From Candidatus Iainarchaeum sp. (GTDB taxonomy: Archaea; Iainarchaeota; Iainarchaeia; Iainarchaeales; JAZDFD01), in assembly GCA_043808155.1 (NCBI GenBank), contig JAZDFD010000001.1, positions 1-64,000 of the forward strand: DNA of 64,000 nt, read 5' to 3'. The notes beneath the pieces are model-generated. The model did no database searches. It was not told where the DNA came from and worked only from the letters and a program-made list of their open reading frames with translations. Within the stretch, counting starts at the first letter, position 1. Every line of letters starts with the position of its first letter. Position numbers and translations under genes: made by a program. Of the stretch, positions 18,772 through 28,469 are shown one piece after another.

Positions 18772-20256
18772 ATGGATTCAGTGATGAGACTACTTGTTGT
18801 TGCAATTGCTGCTGCTGCTCTTATTGCAGTAATCTATCTGATGTTTGTTGTTCCTGCAGACGACCCAGGACAGCTTATAAAAAAACAGCTTGAAACTGCA
18901 CAGGTTGAGCTTGGTAAAATTCAGCAGATTCAGATACTGGAATATACTGAAAATTATGCTATGCAGGGTGAGCTTTTTGATGACCGTGGAAGGTCAGTTG
19001 CATTTGAATGCAATAATGAAAATCTTTGCTGCATAAAAGGTGAAAAATGCGGAGAAATTGAATGGGATGAAAGATTGATTGCATTCAAGAAAAAGCGGCC
19101 TGTAGAAACAATTTCAAGATGTTTTTTAGAAGAAGGTATTTTTGTTTGCAGAGTTTATTTTGGTAAAGGGCCAGCACAAGTTGAAATTACAGAAGTTGTT
19201 ACAGAAGACACTTTAGATTTGAGTCAGAGAACTGCATTTCCTGTTTCTGTGAAAATTAAAAATTCAGGAAATTCAATTATGACCTATGGTTCAATTGAAA
19301 TGAAACTTTATCAATGGCAGACACAGTTTGAAAACTCAAAACTTATTTTTATTACACAAGAATCACAGCCTCTTACAGTAATGAACCCTGGTAATGAATT
19401 CACAAGAGACTTTACTTTTAATCCAGAAACAAGCGGAGAATATGAAATTCATATAAGAGCAGAGGGGGAAAACGCAGGTTTCTGGGAGAAAACAATTGAA
19501 TTTAATGTGACTGGAATTCCAGCAAGCGACTGCTCAACAATTGATGATGAAGGCGAAATTGTTTGTGATCCGCAAACAAATAAAATAAAGGAAAAATACT
19601 ATTGCGATAAATGCGAGTTTGGATTTGAATGTGAAAAGTTATGGGAAGCCCAAACTGGTTTAACTTTAGAAACGGGTGACAAAAGTTTTACTTATTACTT
19701 AACTAATGATGATTGCCCAGATCCTAATGCAGAACCAGATTTTATTATTCCCAGCGGATCTGCGGGACAGTTAGCGTGGCCTACTCCGGGGATTACGAGA
19801 GTCGGGTCTTGTTTTGGTAATCGTATGCTGTCGGGCAGACCTGACTGGCATGACGGAATTGACATAAGTGCACCTTCAGGAACTCCTGTTTTTACAATGG
19901 CACCAGGCATAGTTTTCAGGATTGGCACAGGTTATAATGCAGGCTTTGGAAATTCAATTGTAATTAAACACAGTGACACGCTTTTCACAGCATATAATCA
20001 TTTGAGAGACGGGGGAATATTAGTTTCACCAGGTGAAACAGTTGTTGCGGGTCAGCAAATTGGAGTAAGCGGAAACACAGGCCTTTCAACAGGAGCGCAC
20101 TTAGACATTAAAGTTTACACTTCAGCGGATAAAGTTTGGCGCGGGGATACGGGGGTTAATCCTTTGTGTTATTTCCCCGCAAGTATCACTTCGGGTCTTG
20201 ATTTGGCTGGAGCCAGCTGTCAGACCCATAGTCCTTATGACGGCTGTAGCTCATAA
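18772..20256 (+). CDS. Membrane-anchored protein with Ig-like domain and C-terminal M23 peptidase
   Basis: N-terminal TM; HDGID, YNHL and GNTGLSTGAHL M23 motifs. Confidence 0.9.
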   Translation: MDSVMRLLVVAIAAAALIAVIYLMFVVPADDPGQLIKKQLETAQVELGKIQQIQILEYTENYAMQGELFDDRGRSVAFECNNENLCCIKGEKCGEIEWDERLIAFKKKRPVETISRCFLEEGIFVCRVYFGKGPAQVEITEVVTEDTLDLSQRTAFPVSVKIKNSGNSIMTYGSIEMKLYQWQTQFENSKLIFITQESQPLTVMNPGNEFTRDFTFNPETSGEYEIHIRAEGENAGFWEKTIEFNVTGIPASDCSTIDDEGEIVCDPQTNKIKEKYYCDKCEFGFECEKLWEAQTGLTLETGDKSFTYYLTNDDCPDPNAEPDFIIPSGSAGQLAWPTPGITRVGSCFGNRMLSGRPDWHDGIDISAPSGTPVFTMAPGIVFRIGTGYNAGFGNSIVIKHSDTLFTAYNHLRDGGILVSPGETVVAGQQIGVSGNTGLSTGAHLDIKVYTSADKVWRGDTGVNPLCYFPASITSGLDLAGASCQTHSPYDGCSS

Positions 20257-20292
20257 GCAGGCATGTTTTAAATATAAATCAAAATATAGTAT

Positions 20293-21639
20293 ATGGGATT
20301 GAAAATGAGCAATGAAAAATTCATGAAAAAACACGCTCTCAAAACAGGGGACATTATTGAAATTAAAACAAAAAATCAGATTCATGAGGGGACGGTTATT
20401 CCCTCAAAAGAAAGTGACTTTATTACTCTGAAACTTAAAAGCGGGTATAATATTTCTGTGAAAATGTCAGATATTTCAAATGTTAAAAAAACAGGTTCAC
20501 AGAAAGTTGGTAAAGGAGAAGCTGTGAAAGTTCAGCAGGATAAATCTCTTCCCAAGATAAGTATTCTTCACACTGGGGGCACAATTGCTGGGCGCGTGGA
20601 TTATAAAACAGGTGCAATACTTTCTGCATTTGAACCTGAAGATTTATTAGGAATGTTTCCTGAGCTTGCAAAAATTGGTTTTTTCCAAACTAAATTAGTT
20701 GGTAATATTCTTTCAGGAAATTTACGATTTAAAAATATTTCAAAAATTGCAAAAGCAGTTGAGAATGAAATTAAAACCCAGAAAAATATTAAGGGAATTA
20801 TAGTTTCACATGGGACAGACACACTAGGATATAGTGCAGCTGCTTTGAGTTTTATGCTTGAAAATTTAAACATTCCTGTAATTTTTGCTGCTGCACAAAG
20901 GTCAAGTGATAGAGGGAGTTCAGATGCAGCAATGAATTTAATTTGTGCTGCAAAGTTTATTGCAGATTCTGAGTTCAAAGGCGTCGGGATTTGCATGCAC
21001 AAAGGAATTTCAGATGACGAATGTTTAATTTTGCCTGCAACTAAATCAAGGAAATTGCACACCTCAAGAAGAGATGCATTCAAAGCAGTTAATTCACTTC
21101 CAATTGCGAGCGTGAATTATAAAGAAAAGAAAATTAAAATTATTGATAAAAATTCATTTGTGAAATTACAGGGCAAGTTTGCAGTTAAATCAAAAATGGA
21201 AGAAAAAGTTGGGATTTTGAAATCGCATCCTAATTTGATGCCGGAACAGATTGATTTTTTCAGAAAAAATAAATACAAGGGACTTGTTATTGAAGGAACC
21301 GGCATGGGTCATATTCCTGTTGGCGGGGATGGAAAAGAAAATGAACTTAATAAAAAAAATCTTGAAGCAGTTAAAAAACTCGTGAACTCAGGATGTGTTG
21401 TTGTTATGACATCACAATGTATTTTCGGAAGAATTAATATGCATGTGTATAGTTATGGTGTTGATTTAATGGGTGCAGGTGTGATTTCTGGTCATGACAT
21501 GTTACCTGAAACTGCATTTGTAAAACTTTCATGGTTGCTGGGGAATTATTCTGTGAAAAAAGTACCTGAATTGATGGAAGACAATTTGAGAAATGAATTA
21601 ATTGAAAGAACACAGGAAAATGAATTTGATTTGGAGTGA
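20293..21639 (+). CDS. gatD: Glu-tRNA(Gln) amidotransferase subunit D
   Basis: TGGTIA, HGTDT, QRSSDRGSSD and KLHTSRRDAF motifs. Confidence 0.96.
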   Translation: MGLKMSNEKFMKKHALKTGDIIEIKTKNQIHEGTVIPSKESDFITLKLKSGYNISVKMSDISNVKKTGSQKVGKGEAVKVQQDKSLPKISILHTGGTIAGRVDYKTGAILSAFEPEDLLGMFPELAKIGFFQTKLVGNILSGNLRFKNISKIAKAVENEIKTQKNIKGIIVSHGTDTLGYSAAALSFMLENLNIPVIFAAAQRSSDRGSSDAAMNLICAAKFIADSEFKGVGICMHKGISDDECLILPATKSRKLHTSRRDAFKAVNSLPIASVNYKEKKIKIIDKNSFVKLQGKFAVKSKMEEKVGILKSHPNLMPEQIDFFRKNKYKGLVIEGTGMGHIPVGGDGKENELNKKNLEAVKKLVNSGCVVVMTSQCIFGRINMHVYSYGVDLMGAGVISGHDMLPETAFVKLSWLLGNYSVKKVPELMEDNLRNELIERTQENEFDLE

Positions 21640-21643
21640 GAAA

Positions 21644-22012
21644 ATGTTTGAAATTAGTGAAATTATCGGAATGGTTGGATTAGGGATTTTGCTTTTGGCA
21701 TTTGCACTTAATCATGGCAAACATAAAAAACGATTTAGTTTCACATACAATGGTCTGAATCTTATTGGTTCATTAATGCTTGTTTATTACGCATACACAA
21801 TTAATGCAATTGTTTTCATAATTCTGAATATCACATGGGCATTTATTGCACTCTATTTTATAGTTAAGAAAATCAAAAATCGCGGAAGGATGACAGTTTG
21901 GGAAGGATTTACAGGCGAAGGTGGTTTGAAGTCTGATTTGAGAAAGGACGTTAGAAATCAGGGAATTTTTGATTTTAATGATAAGGATAAATACAGTCCC
22001 TGGTTTAAGTAA
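21644..22012 (+). CDS. Small membrane protein
   Basis: Three TM segments; YNGLNLIGS motif. Confidence 0.65.
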   Translation: MFEISEIIGMVGLGILLLAFALNHGKHKKRFSFTYNGLNLIGSLMLVYYAYTINAIVFIILNITWAFIALYFIVKKIKNRGRMTVWEGFTGEGGLKSDLRKDVRNQGIFDFNDKDKYSPWFK

Positions 22013-22033
22013 TTTTGAACCAAAACATTTAAA

Positions 22034-22049
22034 TGGGACAAATGTCCCA
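22034..22049. promoter_or_regulatory. Palindromic operator
   Basis: TGGGACA-AA-TGTCCCA directly after TTTAAA and 9 bp before the wHTH start. Confidence 0.6.
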
Positions 22050-22058
22050 ATATAAACT

Positions 22059-22256
22059 ATGTCTGCTGATTCCCAAAAAGTGAAAACCATAAAAGCACTC
22101 CTCAACAAAAATCCTCATGGTTTGTGGGTGCGTGAAATTGCTAGAAAAACAAAACTTAGCAAAAGCACAGTAAGCAGATATCTCTACAAATATATGAAAG
22201 ATGATATTGAAGAAGAATGGCTTGGCAGAAATAAAGTTGTAAGGCTGGTGCGATAA
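22059..22256 (+). CDS. Small winged-HTH regulator
   Basis: GLWVREIARKTKLSKSTVSRYL. Confidence 0.85.
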   Translation: MSADSQKVKTIKALLNKNPHGLWVREIARKTKLSKSTVSRYLYKYMKDDIEEEWLGRNKVVRLVR

Positions 22257-24149
22257 ATGGATTACGAAAAAATAGGTTTGAAATGCGGATTGGAAATTCA
22301 CCAACAGCTGGATACTGGAAAACTATTTTGCAGATGTCCTTCAAAATTGAGAGAAGACAAACCTGATTTTAAAGCTGAAAGAAAAATAAGAGCAATTGGT
22401 TCTGAATTGGGAAAGTATGATAAAGCAGCAGTTGACGCCCACTCAAGAAATTACAAATACATTTACGAAGGTTATCAGGATTCAACTTGTTTAGTTGAAT
22501 TAGATGAGGAACCACCTCACTCCGTCAATAAAGATGCATTAGAAACTGTTCTGAAAATTGCACTAATGGTTGATGCAAAAATTTTAGATACCTTATTTGT
22601 AATGAGGAAAGCAGTTGTTGATGGTTCAAACACATCAGGTTTTCAGAGAACAGCATTAGTTTCATTAGAAGGCAAGCTTGACATTGGGGAAAAGAAAATC
22701 GGAGTTTGGAGTATCGCGTTGGAAGAAGATGCTGCAAGAATTATTTCCCGCAATGATGAAAATAAAGAGATTATTTACAGATTGGACAGATTAGGAATTC
22801 CCCTTATTGAATTAGCAACAGCACCAGATATGAAAACACCAGAAGAAGTGAAGAGTGTAGCACTAAAAATTGGTGAGCTTCTGAGAAGAACCTGCAAAGT
22901 GAAAAGAGGTCTTGGAACAATAAGACAGGATTTGAATATTTCTATTAAAGAAGGTGCAAGAATTGAAATTAAAGGTGTGCAGGAACTCGAATTGATTGAT
23001 GAATACGTGAAACGTGAAGTTCGGAGACAGCAAGCACTTTTGGAAATTAAAAATGAATTACTTTCACGTAAAATTTCTGAAAAAGATTTCAAAAATGAAA
23101 TTATTGATTTTACAAAAGTATTTGAAAACACTTCTGCAAAAATGATTTCAAATGCGATTAGCAATGGAAAGCTTGTGAAGGGCATGAAACTTAATGGATT
23201 TTCTGGCTTAGTTGGAAAAGAAGTTCAGGAAGGAAGACGTCTTGGTACGGAATTCGCAAATTATGCAAAAGCGCGTTCTGGTTTGAAGGGTGTTTTCCAT
23301 TCAGATGAAGAACTTTTAAAATACGGAATTTCCGAAAATGAAATGTCAAATGTCCGAAAAAAACTTTCGGTTTCTGAAAAAGATGCATTTGTACTTGTTT
23401 TCGGAACAGAAGATGAATGCAATAAAGCTTTAACTGCGGTTCGGGAACGTGCAAGTTATTGCATTAGCGGAGTACCCGAAGAAACACGAAATGCACTGGC
23501 CGAAGGAAACACAGAATACAGCAGACCACTAGCAGGTGCAGCAAGAATGTATCCTGAAACAGATATTGAAGTTAAAGTAATTGATGCAAAGTATTTGAAT
23601 TCTTTGAAAAGCGCTCTTCCCTTAACAGTTTCAGAGCGTGAAATGCTTTACAAAAAATATGGTTTGAGTAAAAACCTCATTGAGGGAATGAAATTAGACA
23701 ACTGGGCCTGCTTTTTTGAAAATAAAGTGAAAGAAAGTTACAGCGCAACAAGAATTGCCATTCTCCTTCTTGAAGATTTTACAAAATTGAAGCGTGAAGG
23801 AATTGAAACAGAAAACATTTCAGAAAAAATGATTTCAGAATTTTTGAAATCAGAAAAGAATGGAAAATTTACAAAAGAAGTTTCTTTGGATGTTTTAAAA
23901 AAATGGGCTTCTTCTCCTGAAAAATCAATTGATGAAATTATTTCAGCGCTGGAAATTAAAAAAGCAGATAAAAATGAATTAGAAGAGATAATTGAAAAAA
24001 TTATTGCAAAAAATGAAGCACTTGTTAAAGAACAGGGTGAACGTGCAATTGGCGCTTTGATGGGTGATGCTATGAAAGAACTTAAAGGGAAAATCTCTGG
24101 AAAAGAAATTTCAGAAATGCTTAGAAAGAAGATTAGGGAGCGCGTTTAA
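22257..24149 (+). CDS. gatE: Glu-tRNA(Gln) amidotransferase subunit E
   Basis: GLEIHQQL, DGSNTSGFQRT, RLDRLGIPLIE and RMYPETD motifs. Confidence 0.97.
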   Translation: MDYEKIGLKCGLEIHQQLDTGKLFCRCPSKLREDKPDFKAERKIRAIGSELGKYDKAAVDAHSRNYKYIYEGYQDSTCLVELDEEPPHSVNKDALETVLKIALMVDAKILDTLFVMRKAVVDGSNTSGFQRTALVSLEGKLDIGEKKIGVWSIALEEDAARIISRNDENKEIIYRLDRLGIPLIELATAPDMKTPEEVKSVALKIGELLRRTCKVKRGLGTIRQDLNISIKEGARIEIKGVQELELIDEYVKREVRRQQALLEIKNELLSRKISEKDFKNEIIDFTKVFENTSAKMISNAISNGKLVKGMKLNGFSGLVGKEVQEGRRLGTEFANYAKARSGLKGVFHSDEELLKYGISENEMSNVRKKLSVSEKDAFVLVFGTEDECNKALTAVRERASYCISGVPEETRNALAEGNTEYSRPLAGAARMYPETDIEVKVIDAKYLNSLKSALPLTVSEREMLYKKYGLSKNLIEGMKLDNWACFFENKVKESYSATRIAILLLEDFTKLKREGIETENISEKMISEFLKSEKNGKFTKEVSLDVLKKWASSPEKSIDEIISALEIKKADKNELEEIIEKIIAKNEALVKEQGERAIGALMGDAMKELKGKISGKEISEMLRKKIRERV

Positions 24150-25163
24150 ATGTATTTTGAAAAAATTTCTGAACTTGACAAAGGAAACATGATTCAGATT
24201 TTAGATTCATTTCCTGAACAATGCAGAAAAGCTCTTGACATTGCAGATGATTTTGAAATTCCGCGTGAAATACTTGAAAGAGAGTATGATAAAATCTTAG
24301 TTTTTGGAATGGGCGGTTCGGGAATTGCAGGTTATGTGCTCAGGGATTTTTTGCTCAGTAAATGCAAAATTCCGGTTTTTGTTGTTCAGGGTTATGATAT
24401 TCCAAAATTCATAAATGAAAACACTTTGTGCTTTGCACTAAGTTATTCCGGAAATACTGAAGAAACTCTTTCCTGCTTTGGGAAAGCAGAGTTAGTTGAT
24501 GCAAAAATAATTTCAATTACGTCTGGGGGCTTGCTGAGTCAAAAATCAAAAAATAAAATATTAATTCCCAAAGGAATTCCTCCCAGAACAGGTTTGGGTT
24601 ATTTGCTTATTCCGATGATTGTTGTGCTTAATAAGACGGGCATTGCAAAAGGAGCATTAGAAGAAACAGAAGAAATGATTTCTAGCTTGGAGAAAGAACT
24701 TAAAGGAATCAAATTGAATGCACAAAAAAATACAGATAAATTATTTGGTAAAATTCCTGTTATTTACGGAACTGAAGGATTTGATTCAGTTTCACTTAGA
24801 TTCAGAACTCAAATTAATGAAAATGCCAAAACTTTCTCTCATAATAATGTGTTCCCTGAATTAAATCATAATGAATCAGTCGGCTATAAGCCTCAGGAAA
24901 AGAATTTAGTGTTTGTTCTTCTGCGTGACTCTGAAGAGAATCCGCAGGTTAGGAAAAGAATTGAAGTAACTAAAAAAATGCTGAGCTCGCACAGTTCTGT
25001 TCTTGAAATTAAATCATCTGGAAAAGGAAAACTTGCAAGAATGTTTTCATTAATTCTGGCGGGGGATTACACATCATATTATCTGGGACTTCTGAACAAT
25101 GTTGACCCCATGCCTGTTGAAAATATTGAATTTTTGAAAAAAGAAATTAAGGAAAAGAATTAA
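24150..25163 (+). CDS. Bifunctional phosphoglucose/phosphomannose isomerase
   Basis: GMGGSG, SYSGNTEET, ENAK and PELNHN motifs. Confidence 0.93.
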   Translation: MYFEKISELDKGNMIQILDSFPEQCRKALDIADDFEIPREILEREYDKILVFGMGGSGIAGYVLRDFLLSKCKIPVFVVQGYDIPKFINENTLCFALSYSGNTEETLSCFGKAELVDAKIISITSGGLLSQKSKNKILIPKGIPPRTGLGYLLIPMIVVLNKTGIAKGALEETEEMISSLEKELKGIKLNAQKNTDKLFGKIPVIYGTEGFDSVSLRFRTQINENAKTFSHNNVFPELNHNESVGYKPQEKNLVFVLLRDSEENPQVRKRIEVTKKMLSSHSSVLEIKSSGKGKLARMFSLILAGDYTSYYLGLLNNVDPMPVENIEFLKKEIKEKN

Positions 25164-25188
25164 ATATAACCTTCAAGTTATTATTAAC

Positions 25189-25356
25189 ATGCCTACTCCA
25201 AAAAGAAGAAGCTTTTTAAAAACGCAGATTCGAAAAAGGAAAATAAAAAGCCAAAAAGCACGTGGAATTGTTAAAAAGCGTCCAACAAAACCACCAATGC
25301 CCCCTATTCGTGATAAATCCCAAGGCGGCAGCAATGTTATAGAAGGGTGGACCTAA
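25189..25356 (+). CDS. 55-aa basic small protein (below ORF-track cutoff)
   Basis: MPTPKRRSFLKTQIRKRK...IEGWT; AT-rich TATA-like sequence upstream. Confidence 0.5.
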   Translation: MPTPKRRSFLKTQIRKRKIKSQKARGIVKKRPTKPPMPPIRDKSQGGSNVIEGWT

Positions 25357-25489
25357 GTACACGTTATTCATTCCTAAAAGCCGTTTCGATAAATCAAATT
25401 AGTTATGAGATTTTGTATAAAATCAAAACATTCCTTTAGCAAATTTTTCAGGGTGTGAATACCAGAGTATACACTATGACTACAAAACA

Positions 25490-26470
25490 TTACTCTACTT
25501 TAATTTTTATTCTCTTCCCAATTACAGGAATGAGTTTCTTTAATTCAACGTCTAAATCTTTATTTATTTTAAATTCATTAGCCGGTACATTTGGAAGTTT
25601 TCCGTTAACTTCGTATATATAATAACCTTTCGCACCATCAACTGCCGTTATGAATGCACCATCGGGATTTTCTTCAATTTTCAGACCTGGCACTTTTTTC
25701 AATGCTTTAAGTAATGTTGTAGTCTTAGGAACTTTTACTATTAACGATTTTTCAAATAAACTCCATACTTTTTTTATTTTTTCTAGTGCCTCTTGTTTAA
25801 TTGCCAAAACATGAGTATTACCTATCTTCTTCCTCTCAATCAAACCAACATCTTCAAGAATTTTAACATTTTTTGGAGTTTGTAATATTATGAAATCACT
25901 TTTTTTAAGAATCTCTTTTTTGTCAGTAAAAATTAAACCTCTTTTTTCCCACTCAGGCTTTCTTGTTTTGCTGTTATAAAGAACCTTCATCTTAAAACCC
26001 AAAGATGTGTTTGCAAGTAATTTTCCAACAGCTCCAAGACCAATAATACCTATTGTTTTGCCACTAAGTTCAGCAGGATAGTCTTTCCATTGATATTTTC
26101 CAAATCCCCTAACTAAATTTAGGAGCTGAAATAAGATATATTCTACAACTCCCTCATCACCATAATCAACAATATTAGACACAACAATGTTTCTGTTACT
26201 GCATTCTTCCAAATCTATGTAGTCGGAATTTGTTCCGCAAAGACAAATAAATTGTAAGTTCTTGCACGCAGAAAGTACGCCTTTAGTGATTGGCGTTCGC
26301 CAGCTTAGTAAAACGCAATCTGCATCAGCTATTCTTTCTTTTATTTCATTGTTGTCTTTTGGATCTGAATCAAAAATCTTGACCTGATTTTCCGAATATT
26401 TTTTAAGTTCAGTCATTGAACTGTCAGTAATATTTATGTCATCCAAAACAACGATCTGTTTAAACTTCAT
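25490..26470 (-). pseudogene. Chimeric ORF: truncated D-2-hydroxyacid dehydrogenase fused to a wHTH wing and beta-grasp-like C-terminus
   Basis: GIIGLGAVG Rossmann motif; similarity ends at QTPKNVKIL, then LEDVGLIERKKIGNTHVL and YEVNGK. Confidence 0.6.
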
Positions 26471-26573
26471 ATTAATATGATACTTGTATAGCTTTTTATT
26501 AATGTTACTGCCTTCTATGCATCAGACTGATTAATTCTTCCGATTAAACAGATTGAATTTAAGAATTAGATAA

Positions 26574-26759
26574 TTAAATCATTTTTTTGCTAACTTTCTT
26601 TGCTTGGCGAAGGCATTTTTTGTGCCAAAATTGGCCAGCCCATTTCTTGTCAGTTCCTGTGCCACCGCACAGTGCACATTCTTCATTGAATCTGCCTTCT
26701 GGTTCAGGTTCTTCTTCTGGCTCTTCCTTTTTTCCCCTAAACCTATCCAAAAGACCCAT
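26574..26759 (-). CDS. Small Zn-finger-like protein
   Basis: CALC...HKKC. Confidence 0.65.
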   Translation of the reverse strand: MGLLDRFRGKKEEPEEEPEPEGRFNEECALCGGTGTDKKWAGQFWHKKCLRQAKKVSKKMI

Positions 26760-26765
26760 ATAAAA

Positions 26766-27455
26766 TCACTCATCAACAATTGCTTTGTAAACCATTTCCG
26801 CATTTCTTAAATCTTTAAAGAGATAATCTGGGTTGTGTTCTTTAAGTTCTTCTTTAGAATATGAACCTGTTACAACTGCAATTGTTTTTGCATTGTATGG
26901 TTTTCCTGAATCAATGTCGTGGATTGAATCTCCAACAATTACAAGATCCTTATCTTTGAAATGAATTAAATATTTTTCATCTGCTTTTATTAATGCTTTT
27001 TCAACTATTTTTTCACGGGTTTTTGCTTCATCGCCGTATGCAAAAATTTTAAAGTAATCATAAAGTTTTGCAGATCTTAAAATTTTTTCGCCAGCTAGTT
27101 TTGAATTTCCTGTCACAACTCCCAAAACATGTTCTGAATTGTTTATTTTTTCAAGTAAAGTGAAAACACCAGGTAAAACATATTCTGAAGAATCTTCAGG
27201 AAGATTTCGTGAGAAATGATTCACATAGGACAGCAGTGCTTCTTCCTGTTTTGATTCAATATTCATTTCCCCGACATCATGCATTAAAGCAACTTCTCTT
27301 ACAACTTCCTGAAATCTCAAACCATCATATTTGATGTCTTCTAATTTCCCGGGAATATTGAAAACCTCCAGAAACATAGCAGCATAAGCTTTTGAATGGA
27401 ATTTCAGCACTTTTATCAGTGTCTGGTCAATATCAAATAATATCAGCTTTCTCAT
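26766..27455 (-). CDS. HAD family hydrolase
   Basis: FDIDQTL, VTGN and VGDSIHD motifs. Confidence 0.9.
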   Translation of the reverse strand: MRKLILFDIDQTLIKVLKFHSKAYAAMFLEVFNIPGKLEDIKYDGLRFQEVVREVALMHDVGEMNIESKQEEALLSYVNHFSRNLPEDSSEYVLPGVFTLLEKINNSEHVLGVVTGNSKLAGEKILRSAKLYDYFKIFAYGDEAKTREKIVEKALIKADEKYLIHFKDKDLVIVGDSIHDIDSGKPYNAKTIAVVTGSYSKEELKEHNPDYLFKDLRNAEMVYKAIVDE

Positions 27456-27580
27456 AAAATCGTATTATAATAGGTATTCAGAGCATTTAAAGCTTACTCA
27501 GGACATGACTAAAATCACGACAATTAACTGATTTCAGTTAAAGGGTTATGTTTATAAAGCTCTGAAGCCGGAATATATAC

Positions 27581-27940
27581 ATGCTGATAGAAGCGCTTAC
27601 ACATTTAGTTGCATTGGACCTAGACTGGTTTATCTCATTAGTAATGGGAAATTTGCACTTTGTTTTTGCATTATTTGCAGTAATCTACATGTTCTTTGAA
27701 GGTAAGAATTTAATTAAAGGTTTTTTTTTGATTGTTTTCATTCTTTGGACTCTTTCTGAATTTGAAAAAGTTACAAATATTGCAGTTTTTGTAGGTGGAT
27801 TTCTTACAATTTATTATTTGACAAAAATTGCATTATTAGCAATAACCGAAGACAGCACTTTCTTGAATAAATATTTTGTTCCAATTAGTACAATACAGGC
27901 ATATGTTGTGTTATTATTTTACAATTGGTTTTTGATGTGA
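27581..27940 (+). CDS. Small multi-pass membrane protein
   Basis: Hydrophobic 119-aa ORF. Confidence 0.65.
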   Translation: MLIEALTHLVALDLDWFISLVMGNLHFVFALFAVIYMFFEGKNLIKGFFLIVFILWTLSEFEKVTNIAVFVGGFLTIYYLTKIALLAITEDSTFLNKYFVPISTIQAYVVLLFYNWFLM

Positions 27941-27944
27941 TAAA

Positions 27945-28130
27945 ATGAGTTTCCTTTCAAGATTAACAAAAATTTGTGCGTTCGTACTTTTCGCTTACAC
28001 ATTTCTTTGGTTTTATGAATTAGTTACAGGAGATGTGCTTGTGTCTACTTTGATTTACACACCAATGGGTTTCTTTGTAATATTTGCTCTGGTCACGGGT
28101 GAAGCTTATTTCAATAATATTGGACTCTAA
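27945..28130 (+). CDS. Small two-TM protein
   Basis: Hydrophobic 61-aa ORF 4 bp after the previous gene. Confidence 0.55.
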   Translation: MSFLSRLTKICAFVLFAYTFLWFYELVTGDVLVSTLIYTPMGFFVIFALVTGEAYFNNIGL

Positions 28131-28154
28131 GAATAAGCTAATTTTCAAAAAAAA

Positions 28155-28340
28155 TATTACTGTCTTATCGGAGATAGGACACATATGCTCACGCAAGGGA
28201 CTCCGTCCCTTTGCAAACCCTGAAACTTTTTAATAGAATATTACTGCGGGGTTGAAAACCCCGCATATATGTTCACAATCGGAACGCCGATTAGCCCCGA
28301 GGAGTTCCACACATAGGGGCAACTACGTTTCCCCCTATTA
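28155..28340 (+). repeat. Cluster of palindromes: two module A copies, a C-type hairpin and a displaced tRNA-Gln 3' end
   Basis: TATTAC...CACATA at 28155-28185; TATTAC...CATATA at 28239-28269; TAGCCCCGAGGAG at 28292-28304 equals 28371-28383. Confidence 0.8.
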
Positions 28341-28370
28341 CCCCCTTCCTTTAATTATTAATAAAAAAGA

Positions 28371-28443
28371 TAGCCCCGAGGAGATTCGAACTCCTGTCAC
28401 CGGGTCCAAAGCCCAGCATCCTTGGCCACTAGACTACGGGGCT
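28371..28443 (-). tRNA. tRNA-Gln(TTG)
   Basis: AGCCCCG...CTGGG-CT-TTG-GA-CCCGG...GTTCGAATCTCCTCGGGGCTA. Confidence 0.95.
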
Positions 28444-28469
28444 AGTTTAAAGGAACTTAATAATTAGCT

